Of a stretch of 64,000 bases of DNA, positions 40,775 through 53,399 are shown piece by piece (within the stretch, counting starts at the first letter, position 1; the number at the start of each line of letters is the position of its first letter). The notes under the pieces are model-generated. The model searched no databases and had not been told where the DNA came from. It worked only from the letters and a program-made list of their open reading frames with translations. Where the stretch lies: assembly GCF_006345805.1 (NCBI RefSeq), contig NC_043008.1:38006001-38070000 (forward strand), given 5' to 3'. Made by a program: the position numbers and the translations under genes. The DNA is from Octopus sinensis. Taxonomy: Eukaryota.

Positions 40775-41053
40775 TTTAAATGGCACAAAACATGTTTTTA
40801 AGTACTGCCAATAGTTTCTTATGTTGAGAAATACTCAAACATATTCTTCAGGCACAAACCACATATCATGATGAACTAAAAAGAATTGAATAAATAGAAG
40901 AAACGTGAAAAGAACTGAGAAGGCATTTCTTCTATTATTCAATTTCTTTAGTTCGTTATGATATGTGGTTTGTGCCTGAAGAATATGTTTGAGTATTTCT
41001 CAGCATATGAAACTATTAGTAGCACTTAAAGACATGCATTGTGCCCTTAAAAT
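40775..41053. mobile_element. fold-back element with a hammerhead in each arm
   Basis: Arms ~130 bp, spacer ~20 bp, between (TA)n tracts. The minus-arm hammerhead (40802-40855) has GCA at the cleavage site. Confidence 0.85.
40972..41025 (+). ncRNA. type-I hammerhead ribozyme
   Basis: gtgc-CTGAAGA-atatgtttgag(tattt)ctcagcatat-GAAAC-tatta-GTA-gcac. All core nucleotides and all three stems are present. Confidence 0.85.
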
Positions 41054-41407
41054 ACAAAATATTTAACTCTCTCCAGGAGTACTTTTTTTGTTGAATTTTC
41101 TAGCATAGAACAATACATTATATATACATATATATATATATATACATTCTGGCATTTGCTGAATTTTCTTGAGAACATTTCTTAGTGGTAAGACATATAG
41201 AGGATCTACTTCTTGCATAAGGGTTGTCCACGTTGTGGTCATCCCTATTATATATATATGTATGTAATATAATTTTCTGAACCTTCAGATTTTAATATGC
41301 TAGACCACTGGTTTTAAATTGATATTAATCAAAGTAATATTCAATTTTTCACCCTCATTTTGAATTTGAATTTTATATATATATATATGTGTATATATAT
41401 GTATATA

Positions 41408-41450
<43 letters not shown>

Positions 41451-44400
41451 ATTGGCTTGGGTATAACTCTGTATTGTAACTCTAGGGTTGATGAGATGAC
41501 CATTTTCAAGCTGAATGTCGGAGTCCAAAAACAGGAAATGTAGAAACACAATTTATATTATGTCATTTAAATATAATGAAAATTCATTTTGTTTATTTTC
41601 TCAGCAAGATTTTAATGCCTACTTTTCCATGCTTGTATTGATAAAATTTCATAAGGCAGCTAGATTTTTCTACATATGGATGCGCCCTCTGTTGCTAACC
41701 CTTGCCACTTTCCAAGTAAAATAATATTTCCTTTAGTTTTTCAAACACAAACAGCAAAATGGTGAGATCGCAAATAAACGACACTGCTTGTATCAGAGTG
41801 ATGTTTGTGTAAAACTGGTGCATGATATTAAGATGAGCAAACACACACACATACATATAAAAATACATGTGCGTGCATGTGCACACACACACACACACAA
41901 GCACACAAACAGCTGGGTTTTTTCCTTGTCTTTCTACCAGATACATACACAAAAACTTCATTTAAGTCAGTCTGGGACTATAGCAGAAGACAATTGCAAA
42001 AGGTGGCACACAATGACACCTCAAACAAGGGTGCCCTGAATTAGTTTCATATTTTTCCCTTTTATTTCTTGGAATATTCGAAGCACATGACATTCCTCCC
42101 ACCTCCCAAAGCAAGTGGTGTTGCATGCTTCTGCTTGAGTTACTGAAAACTTCAGCTGCACCTGGCTTTAGCATCACAGAACTATTTAAGAACTGAACAT
42201 TTCATAGCTTAGAAGGTTAATTAAGTTCAACTTTTATGATCAACCTGAGGAAAGCCACAAGAAGCTACATCATAATTAACCCTTTAACAATTAAACTGGT
42301 TACATCCAGCCCATATATTCTACTTGTTTTATGTTCAAAACCAAAACCAACTTCTCACACCTGCTCTACAATATCATTCTAAAACTAATGCAATCATCAA
42401 TGAAATCTCGAAGCCATGAGAAATGGCAAGATTAGTTCAAAACAATTGATGAAGGATTTGAAACCTTATTCTGTTTAACAAAGTAAGAGGTGTAATGCTT
42501 CCTTTTTGTATTAATGAACATTATGAACAGTGTAAGAGGTTTGTTGCCTTATGCATGATATATAAGAGATCAATGTTCTCGGGAAAAAACGATCGGTGGG
42601 TATTGTTTGTTTCCCCCATTAATTATCATTTTCAGGTTTCATCTCATATAACATTATGTCTGTGTCCAGCCCGCAGCTTCTTTTTTTCTCTATGTAAGGC
42701 CTTTATGGCCAATATAATGAAATAAATATTAGTTCAAAACAACATGAATAAATGGGCATTATATTTGTCAAAGTAATATCAAAGTAATGCCAAAGGGTTC
42801 AAGCCATTAACCAGAGAAATTCTTTTATGCTCTAATTTGGAGGGACAAGCTATGCTGATGATTTTTTACAAGAATTCCAAGACTGCAATATAGAGATTCC
42901 ATCAAAGCAGAGTGCCAAGTGATGATGTCTAACTAGGTCTGTGGTTCTTAACCCTTCTAACCCTTTTTTGCTTATTGATCCCTTTGATTTCTATTTTACT
43001 CTCCTGAACTCCCAGAGCCATTCAATGTACATAAAAAATCCTATTGTGTTCTTATAACTAAAGATTATTAGGAATTGGATAGCACCAAGCATACTCTGTT
43101 ATTAGGAAGGGCATGCTGCCATAGAAACCATCCAATAACAGACAGCTGGAGTCTGGACAGCTCCCAGTTAAACTGTCCAATCCGTGCCAGCTTGGAAAGT
43201 AGAAGTTAAACGATGATGATGAGGAGGATGAGGATGATTTTGTGCATTGTAGAAGCATAACCAATTTATTGCACATAAATGTCAACAGCAAAACTTTATC
43301 TGGACCCCGCAGTGATTGTATGGACCCCAGTCGAGGACCACTGAACTAGACAAAGGAATTGGTCTTCTATTGAAATAGATCATAGTGAGAATCAGACTGA
43401 AAACACGAAGAGTCAAAAGAAATGCCACAAGGCATACCTTGTGTCTGATACTCTAAAATTTCTTCCAGCTCACTGTCCTAGGCCGCTACTTAATTTATCA
43501 ACCCCAGAAGGATGAAACACAAAGAGAATCTTAGAAGGATTTGAACCCAGAATGCAAGATGCCAGAATAAATATCACAAGGCATGTCATCTTCTACTGCA
43601 CAGATTATGCCAGTTCCACACCAGTGGCCTTGTCATTTTTCCCTAATGGATCCATACTATGGTTTGACTATAAGTTGTGAGTGATGGTTGGTGAGCATGT
43701 TAAATTTATCTTTGAATAAAAGAATTCTCTTCAACTGACATAAAACACCCAGAAGAAAATAAACAGAAAACACAAGGACAATGTTAGTTTAAACTAGTTA
43801 TTATTCATCTGACTCACACCAAGGGTATGGAGTTCCTATGTACTTCTTTTTTTTTCAGCATTTTACTCAGAATTATTCATATCAATTTTGACATTTCAAG
43901 TTAAAATTAATTCATGAAAAGACAAAAAAAAAAAAGAAAACTTTCATTAATTATATTCAGATTTTTAAAAAATATCTTTTAATTCATTTAAATTGTTAAA
44001 AAAGAAAAATGTTAAAATATATATATATATATTTTTTTTTTTTATGAAAATGATTGATTCTGACATGTCACATCTCAGTTTGATATTTTCATTTAATTAT
44101 CCTCGTTAAGAATTTCTAAATTATGGTGATATAAATTTCTGAAGAGGTTACTTCCCTCTCGAGATAGTGGATATTTAAAATACGCTGCACTGATAACACA
44201 CTTTATACTATAGTGATACTCTTTTATCAGTTTGCCCTTTTACTTGTTTCAGTCACTGGAATGCAGCCATGCTGGAGCACTGCTTCATAGGGTGAGTCAA
44301 ACAAACTTACACCAGTATTTATTTTAAGTACTGGTATAAGTTTGTGTGATTGGCCCTATGAGGCAGTACTCAAGCACTTATTTTATCAGTCTTTTTTGCT

Positions 44401-44549
44401 AAACTGCTAAGTTATGAGGATGTAATACCGGTTGTGAAGCAGTGGAAAGACAAACATAAACACACATACACATGTATACAATCATAAATGTGTATATGTA
44501 TATGTGTGTATATGTACATACATATATATGTGTGTGTGTGTGTGAATAC

Positions 44550-44598
<49 letters not shown>

Positions 44599-44627
44599 TA
44601 TATACATATACATATATATGTATGTAT

Positions 44628-44664
<37 letters not shown>

Positions 44665-44665
44665 G

Positions 44666-44696
<31 letters not shown>

Positions 44697-45046
44697 ATAT
44701 ACACATATGTAAATGTATGTATGTATGTATGTATAAATGATAGGCTTACACACAGTTCATATCTAACAAATTAATTCACAAGACTTTATTGTAAGTTCTC
44801 TGTTTCTTGAGTATGTTTTATACATGATGAAGTTCTAAGATGTTGAACTCAAGTACAAATATATTTATATATATATACACATATATATATATATATATAT
44901 ACATATATGTAATTTTTGGGACTAATGGGTATATGTCAAATAGTGTGTTGAGCAAAGCACATTCACCATCTGGGCAACCTGGTGTCATCTATGCTCAGGG
45001 TATATTTCTACCGGATCTACTTCAGGAATTCCGCAGTATTTGTTGA

Positions 45047-45258
45047 GATAATAATAATCGATGAATGATGTGGAAGATGAATTTGGCATTAGTCTCTGTT
45101 CAATACGATGATCTTTTTAACCCCTCCTGTGACACCCCTTCATGGGTGGGATGTCATGCATCAAATTGTGTTGCATGAAGGTGAGTCACAGGATGGATCG
45201 AAAAGAATAAAGACTAATGTGAAATCCATCTTCCATTCCATTCATCGATTATTATTAT
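45047..45258. repeat. ~210-bp imperfect fold-back
   Basis: ataataataatcgatgaatg...cattagtctctgttc pairs with gaataaagactaatg...cattcatcgattattattat. Inner stem tcctgtgac/gtcacagga. Confidence 0.8.
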
Positions 45259-45358
45259 ATATATACATTCCTTCCGGTCTTTCAAAACGTGACCGCGTGT
45301 GTACCGTTGGCAATTTTTTTCCTCTGTCTTCCCTTCTCTGGATCTTTCCTTCTCCTAT

Positions 45359-45393
45359 GTTTCCGACGAAGAGCTCCGCTCGAAATGTTAAAC
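45359..45393 (+). ncRNA. minimal hammerhead motif (degenerate) within a ~225-bp PLE-like remnant (45270-45495)
   Basis: gttt-CcGACGA-a-gagc(tcc)gctc-GAAAt-GTT-aaac. Same architecture as 29570-29607. Confidence 0.65.
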
Positions 45394-45489
45394 CCTCCTT
45401 CTTCCCTTCTTTCCTGAGCGTCCAATAATACTATATTTGTTCCACGTCCTCGCGTTGTTGTGTTTTTTTGTGTTTTCTTGTTTGGATTA

Positions 45490-45530
<41 letters not shown>

Positions 45531-45843
45531 GTACGCATAAGTATATGTGTGCACATATATGTATATTTGTATGTACAGAGATACCTCAAAAGTAAATAGA
45601 TGCCATCACTCTTAAAAGATGTGAAATCTTGGAACGAAATAATGTCATTTGATGCGTTTAAATACCTTATACATAATGCATTAACACATTTGAAACACCC
45701 AGTGGTGTCTGCACATATGAAATGGTATTATGAAGAGGTGCCTATGTACTGTTCTGATATATACATTTAATACATCTGTTTCTTTTCTACACCACCAGTC
45801 TTTGTCTTTTGATTTTTTCATGAATTCTCCCTTTATATATATA

Positions 45844-46110
45844 TCATCATCATCATCGTTTAACGTCCGTTTTCCACGCTAGCATGGGTTGGACGGTTCG
45901 ACCGGGGTCTGTGAAGCCAGGGGCTGCACCAGGCTCCAGTCTGATCTGGCAGTGTTTCTACAGCTGGATGCCCTTCCTAACGCCAACCACTCTGCGAGTG
46001 TAGTGGGTGCTTTTTACGTGCAACCGGCACAGGTGCCAGGGGAGTCTGGCATCGGCCACAATCGGTTGGTGCTGTTAACATGCCACCGGCACGGAAGCCA
46101 GTCGAGGCCC
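45844..46110 (-). mobile_element. young short RTE 3'-end derivative
   Basis: Closely matches 53740-53999. Flanked by (TA)n. Confidence 0.9.
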
Positions 46111-46114
46111 AGAA

Positions 46115-46217
<103 letters not shown>

Positions 46218-46803
46218 TATATATATATATAGATAGATAGATAGATAGATACATAGATAGATATAGACACACACACACACGCACACACACACACACACAC
46301 ATGGACACACACATACAAATGCATACATGTATGTGAGAAAATTTAGCAAAGAATTTATCACTCAGCTAAAATGCTTCCTGTCCAGAATGATAGTCATTTT
46401 AACACAATGTGACAAAAAAAAAAAGAAAAAAGGAAAAAAATATGATCAGTGATACCTATATTCTGTTTAATATTGACTAAAAAAGGTCATTGTCAAATTC
46501 AATAAAGAGAAGAGCTGCAGGGAATTTCTTTATCTTAAACAAATATAACACTTTCTGAGTGTTTCCATACACAAAACTCTGTATGTATATGTATGTGCAT
46601 GCGTTTGTGTGTGTATTGTATATATATATGTATGTATATATATATTATATATATATATATAATTATGTGAAATAGAAAGATGAATAATCTTGTTGTAGAT
46701 TAATCAAAGTTAACCGATACCTTAGTAGCAAAAATCACAGCAGTAAACGATTTCTGTTCAATCTGCGTTCAGCTCCATTTCTCAATTCACCAATATGTTT
46801 TAT

Positions 46804-46845
<42 letters not shown>

Positions 46846-46911
46846 TAGATAGATATGTATGTATATATATATATATATATATACACATACATATATATAT
46901 ATGTATGTATG

Positions 46912-46946
<35 letters not shown>

Positions 46947-47003
46947 GGTAGAAGAATTAGAGAAATTTTCAACCATAAAATAGTCAATAGACAACATATT
47001 TTT

Positions 47004-47216
47004 CATATAAAAATAGTGTACCTTTATACACAAAAGAGGTGACCCTAAACAGGACACCTTACATGCGAAAGGGAACAGTCAAAGTCCAAACCATGGTTAA
47101 GAGTAATTTCGAAGGGGATGAGAAATAAAAACATTTTCAATAGTTACCATTTCAGCATGTAAGGTGTTCTGTATAGGGTCACTTATTTTGTGTATAAATG
47201 TACTCTAATTTCATAT
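47004..47216. repeat. imperfect fold-back, ~70-bp arms
   Basis: gtacctttatacacaaaagaggtgaccctaaacaggacaccttacatgc pairs with gcatgtaaggtgttctgtatagggtcacttattttgtgtataaatgtac. Confidence 0.8.
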
Positions 47217-47362
47217 ATATATATATGTGTGTGTATGTATGTGTAGGTATATATATATATATACATGTGTGTGTGTTTTTATCTGTCTCTCTGTATACAT
47301 ACATATACATGTGTATATGTATCTATCTATATATGTATGAATATATATATATATATATATAA

Positions 47363-47400
<38 letters not shown>

Positions 47401-47814
47401 GCACATGTATATAGACATTTGATATGTGTGTATATACATACATATATATATATGTATATTCTTTTCCTTTATTTGTGTCAGTCATTTGACTGTGGTCATG
47501 CTAGAGCACCACCTTTAGTCGACCAAATCGACCTAGGACTTATTCTTTGTAAGCCTAGTATTTATTCTATTGGTCTCTTTTGCCGAACCACTAAATTATG
47601 AGATGTAAACACACCAGCATCGGTTGTCAAGCAATGTGGTTGATAAAATAAAAAAAGTAGCCAAGTATTAGGGCTCAGTTTCAGTTACTTTTCACTCAAC
47701 CCTTTGATACCACAATTTTTCTCAAAGTGAAACTTGGTTCTGTCTTTAGTTGTCATATGATAGGCAAAATTGATAAAATAAGTAAAATGTTACATAGAAA
47801 TCATCTTCCTTCTC

Positions 47815-48010
47815 ATCATCATCATCATCATTCTCATCATCATCATCCTCTTCCTCCTCCTCCTGCTCCTCATCCTCCTCCTCCTCCTCATCATCATCAT
47901 CATCCTCATCATTCTCATCCCCATCATCCTCATCCTGCTCCTCCTCCTCATCATGATCATCATGATCATCATGATCATGATCATCCTCATCCTCATCATC
48001 ATCATCATCA
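47815..48010. repeat. (CAT/CCT)n expanded tail of an RTE-derived element
   Basis: Trinucleotide tract directly abutting an RTE-tail-like sequence at 48010-48160. Confidence 0.8.
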
Positions 48011-49425
48011 TTTAGTGTCTGTTTACCATGCTGTCATGTGTTGAATGGCTCAACAGAGCACAGCACCAAGCTCAGATGTCTACTTTGGCATGGTTTCTAC
48101 AGCTGGATGCCCTTCCTAATGCTAACCAGTTTATAGACTGTAGTGGATGCTTTTAAAGCAGAACTGGCTCTAGTAAGATTACCGAGTAAATCACAAAACC
48201 TGATAAGCTCACTATTGCCAGTATCATGTAAAAAAAAAAGCAGAAGAAACCAGCCAACACGCTCTGCAATAAACAATAAAAACCACTGTGCAAAATGAAA
48301 TTTATTTGCTCATAATTCATTTCAGAAATATGAATGTATTACATGAGAGCACTGCAGAACAAAGGTGGCTTGTTATTCAGAAATATTTTGCTCCAATATA
48401 TAATTTCAGTTTAACAACAACAGATGAAAGAGTTCATAGGTGATCCACTAACTAGAAGAATTATTAATATGCTGCTTAGCAGGACTACAGATTTAATTAA
48501 TGATGTGCCGATACATTCTGGTCAACCAATGTCAGTCAGACTGAGGAAACGTTCTACTAGTTGGCCAATATTACATACATGCATTCTGAATGTATGTATG
48601 GATGGATGAATGGATGGATGTGTCTGTGTCCATATATATATATATATATCATCGGCAGCATTTAATGTCCATCTCCCATGCTGGCATGGTTTGGATGACT
48701 CTTCAAGAGCTGGCAAGGCAGAGAACTGTGTCGACTTTTATTGTCTGTCTTGGCATGGTTTCCCCACTTGTATGCTCTTCCTAACACCAACCACTTTACA
48801 GAGTGTGTACAAACACACACACACACACACACACATTTATTCTTTAAAAGGAAGTGTTTACAGTAACTTCGAAGTCTTAGCTGGTAGAAACTTCAATGTT
48901 ACTTTCAACACTATTTTTACTCTTTTACTCTTTTAGTTGTTTCAGTCATTTGACTGTGGCCATGTTGGAGCACCGCCTTTTAGTCGAGCACATTGACCCC
49001 AGGACTTATTCTTTGGCAACCTAGTACTTATTTCATTGGTCTCTTTTGCCAAACCGCTAAGTTATGGGGACGTAAACACAACACCATCGGTTGTCAAGCG
49101 ATGTTGGGGGTGACAAACACAGACATACAAACATACACACACACATATATATATATATATACATATATATATGATGGGCTGCTTTCAGTTTCCATCTACC
49201 AAATGGTCCTCATCAGGGATTAAATAATCCAAAAGTTCCACTGGTTAATGACTATTATATAAAGAGACAGTCTTGATGATATGTTAGGGATTATTATAGT
49301 GTTACATACACTTACTCTTTTACTTGTTTCAGTCATTTGACTGCGGCCATGCTGGAGCACCACCTTTAGTTGAGCAAAGCGACCCCGGGACTTATTCTTT
49401 GTAAGCCCAGTACTTTCAACATATT

Positions 49426-50142
49426 CATATTGAAAGAAAGAAAATGGAGAATAATAGATGTATGAATAATTTATTTGTTTGATATCAAGATTTTTAATTT
49501 TTTATAAAAATAATACAAATAAATTATAAAATGTAAAGCTCTAAAAGAAATCGGAGATGCCAAAAGCCTATGTATATGTTTCGAATCATGCCCCTAGTTC
49601 ATATGTAATTCTAAGCATTTGCTAAGAATTGGTATAATTGGTAAGGGGCAGAATTCCATCAGGGATTAACATATGTCTGCCCCATCCAATTGAAAATGAT
49701 ACCAATTCTTAGCAAATGGTTAGAATTACATATAAACTAGGGGCATGATTTGAAACATATACATAGGCTTTTGGCATCTGCCATTTCTTTTAGAGCTTTA
49801 CATTTTATAATTTATTTGTATTATTTTTATAAAAAAATTAAAATCTTGATATCAAACAAAGAATTGGTATCAATTTCAATTGGATGGGGCAGAAATATGT
49901 TAATCCCTGATGGAATTCTGCCCCTTACCAATTATACCAATTCTTAGCAAATGCTTAGAATTATATATTAGCTAGGGGCATGAATCAAAACATATAAGTA
50001 GGCATTTTGGCATCTGACATTTCTCTTAGAGCTTTGCAATTCATAATTCATTTGTATTGTTTTTATAAAAAATTTCAACATCTTTATATTATAAAAAGGA
50101 ATTATTTATACATCCATTATTCTCCATCTTCTTACTTTCAAT
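49426..50142. mobile_element. triple-segment Penelope-like pseudo-LTR array (one inverted, two direct) with degenerate hammerheads
   Basis: Segment ~49426-49712 (minus) is the reverse complement of 49861-50142, and 49697-49860 is a partial direct copy. Motif: CTGATGg-aattctgcccct...aggggcatgattc-GAAAC-atatac-ata. Confidence 0.8.
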
Positions 50143-50209
50143 ATATATATATGTGTGTGTGTGTGTGTGAGTGTGTGTGTGTTAGTGTGTATTTATATAT
50201 ATGTATGTA

Positions 50210-50249
<40 letters not shown>

Positions 50250-50282
50250 TATATATATATACGTATATACCTACTGAAAGGT

Positions 50283-50335
<53 letters not shown>

Positions 50336-50352
50336 TATATACATATATACCT

Positions 50353-53300
50353 ACTGAAAGGTAGGTCGGGTGAGATAGTTGAGATGCTTGAAGGGAGATG
50401 TGTGGATATATGCTGCATGCAAGAAGTAAGGTGGAGAGGAGGTTCTGCTAGGTTCCTCACAGGCAAGGAACACAGGTACAAGATTTTCTGGGCAGGGAAC
50501 ACTGACGGGGTTGGAGGCGTGGGTATACTTATCGCTGAGAAATGGGTAGATAAAGTAATTGAGGTAATCAGAGTATGCGACAGAATACTTAAGATTAGAT
50601 TAGCGCTTCATCATAGTTTAGCAACCATTATATCAGCCTATGCTCCTCAGTCGGGGCTACCTGATGGACAGAAAGATCGATTCTATGACACTCTACTGCA
50701 GACTACCTCGTTGACGAACGACAGAGATCTTCTCTTTGTGGCTGGTGACTTCAATGGTCACGTTGGACGACATGCTGTGGGTTTCCATGGCGTACATGGA
50801 GGCTATGGCTCTGGTTCCCACAACGAGGAGGGAACCAGGCTGCTGGAGTTCTGCGATGCAAATAATCTTATGATTTGCAACACTAACTTCAGGAAACCTA
50901 CCAGCCACCTAGTCACCTACCGATCGGGCCAACATACCAACCAAATTGACTACATCCTTGCCAGGCAAAGGGAGAGATGGCTACTTATAAACGCCAAAAC
51001 CTTCCCAGGCGAAGAATGTACACCACAACATAGACTGGTAGTTAGTGACTTTAGGATCAGGAGTAGGAGGACAACCAGAAGACGACCAACATGGAGAAGA
51101 AGGATCTGGAAGCTTAAGGATCCTGTGAATGGACAGAGATTTAGAGACATGTTACATGAAGCCTTTGACGAAGTAGAAGGGGATAGAGTATCACATGGGG
51201 TAGAGGACAACTGGACGTTTCTAAGGGACAACCTGCTGAAAGCCACTGACCAGATCTGTGGCTGGTGCAAAGTCCCCTCTCGTCCCAAGGTAACGTGGTG
51301 GTGGAACAGTGTCGTAGACAGGGCTATTAGAGAAAAGAGACAGACTTGGAAGCACTGGAAGAATGGTGGTAGCAGGGAATTGTATCAGACTGCTAAAAGG
51401 GAAGCTAGGAGACAGGTCTATCTAGCCAGAGGGGAAGCAGATAAAAAAAAATTTGCCAATGTTCTGCGCCGTGAGGACCAAAGACTGGAGGTGTTTCGCG
51501 TTGCAAGACAGTGTGTGAGAGAGAATTGTGATGTGGTGGAGAGAAGTGTGTTCGCATGGAAGATGGTTCACTTGCGCTAAACGAGGATGCAAAGAGAGAG
51601 GCTTGGAGATGCCACTATGAAAGGTTGCTGAATAAAGAAAATGAATGGGATAAAGAGAGTCTGCCGAACGTTGACCCAACAGAGGGACCAGCTATCAGGG
51701 TTGATAGTTCCTTGGTAGCTAAGGCAATTAGAAGCATGAAGACAGGGAAAGCCCCAGCCCATCAGGTATCACTGCAGAGATGCTCAAAATATCTGGTAGC
51801 GTCGGCTATAGCCTAGTCACCTGTATAGTTAATCAGGTGATACATGAAGGAGTCATACCCAATGACTGGTGTAGCAGCATAATAGTCAACTGCTACAAAG
51901 GTAAAGGTGATGCCCTAGATACAAATAATTACAGAGGTATCAAGCTGTTGGATCAGGTGATGAAGGTTACAGAGAGGGTCATAAGCCAACTAATTAGAGA
52001 GAGAGTTAGTTTAGATGAGATGCAGTTTGGTTTCGTGCCAGGGAAAAGTACCACTGATGCTATATTCCTGGTAAGGCAGCTGCAGGAGAAATACCTAGCC
52101 AAAGATAAGCCTCTGTACCTGGCTTTTGTTGACATGGAGAAAACCTTCGACAGGGTCCCCCGATCCCTCATATGGTGGTCAATGAGGAAACTAGGAATAG
52201 ATGAATGGTTAGTGAGAGCTGTGCAAGCCATGTACAGGGACGCTGCTAGTAAGGTGAGGGTTGGCAATGAGTACAGTGAAGAATTCCGGGTAGAGGTAGG
52301 GGTCCACCAAGGCTCAGTCCTCAGCCCCCTCCTATTTATCATAGTCCTCCAGGCAATAACGGAGGAATTCAAGACAGGATGCCCCTGGGAGTTCCTCTAT
52401 GCTGATGACCTTGCTCTAATTGCTGAGTCATTATCAGAACTGGAGAAGAAGTTTCAGGTGTGGAAGCATGGTTTAGAATCGAAGGGCCTTAGAGTCAACC
52501 TAGCTAAAACCAAAGTCATAATAAGTAGGAAGGTAGACAAATCACAAACGCCTTCAGGTAGATGGCCCTGCTCGATCTGTAGAAAAGGTGTAGGTAGAAA
52601 CTCTATAAGATGCACCAAGTGTAAGCTATGGACACATAAGAGGTGCAGCAATGTCATAGAAGGCTAACTAGGAAGATGGTTTTTGTATGTGGCAGATGCT
52701 CGGGAGCATTAACCTCTGAAAATCTGCAGAAAACTACTTCCGTCACTTTCCAGGGGGAAAAACTAGAAGTAGTTGATAGCTTCCGTTATCTTGGTGACCA
52801 AATCAGTAGTGGGGGTGGGTGTGCTGAAAGTGTAACGGCTAGAGTAAGAATAGCCTGGGCAAATTTTAGGGAGCTCTTACCTCTGTTGGTGACTAAAGGC
52901 CTCTCGCTCAGAGTAAAAGGCAGACTGTATGATGCATGTGTACGAACAGCCATGCTACATGGCAGTGAAACATGGGCCGTGACTGCTGAGGACATGTGTA
53001 AGCTCGCGAGAAATGAAGCTTGTATGCTCCGTTGGATGTGTAATGTCAGTGTTCATAGTCGACAGAGTGTAAGTACCTTGAGAGAAAAGTTGGACCTAAG
53101 AGGCATCAGATGTTGTGTGCAAGAGAGACGATTGCGCTGGTATGGTCATGTGGTGAGAATGGATGAAGATAGGTGTGTGAAAAAGTGCCACACCCTGGCA
53201 GTTGAGGGGACCTGTGGAAGAGGTAGACCCAGGAAAACCTGGGTCGAGGTGGTGAAGCACGACCTTCGAACTCTAGGTCTCACCAAGGAAATGACCAGAG

Positions 53301-53353
53301 ACCGAGACCTATGGAAGTATGCTGTGCGTGAGAAGAACCGGCAAGACCAGTGA
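50353..53353 (+). pseudogene. APE endonuclease-reverse transcriptase ORF split by 3 frameshifts
   Basis: ORFs 50315-51580, 51556-51816, 51780-52667 and 52643-53353 join into one polyprotein with shifts near 51540, 51757 and 52657. No premature stops otherwise. The N-terminus of APE is missing. Confidence 0.9.
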
Positions 53354-53399
53354 GAACAATCAAAATCAAATCATATATCAGAAAGCAGGGATTAAGTGA

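Noticed and set aside
44810-44860. atgatga-agttc...gaact hairpin resembling a hammerhead stem II
   Set aside because: Lacks both CUG and GAAA core bases.
50693-52995. Antisense ORFs within the LINE
   Set aside because: Shadow ORFs of the plus-strand RT coding sequence.
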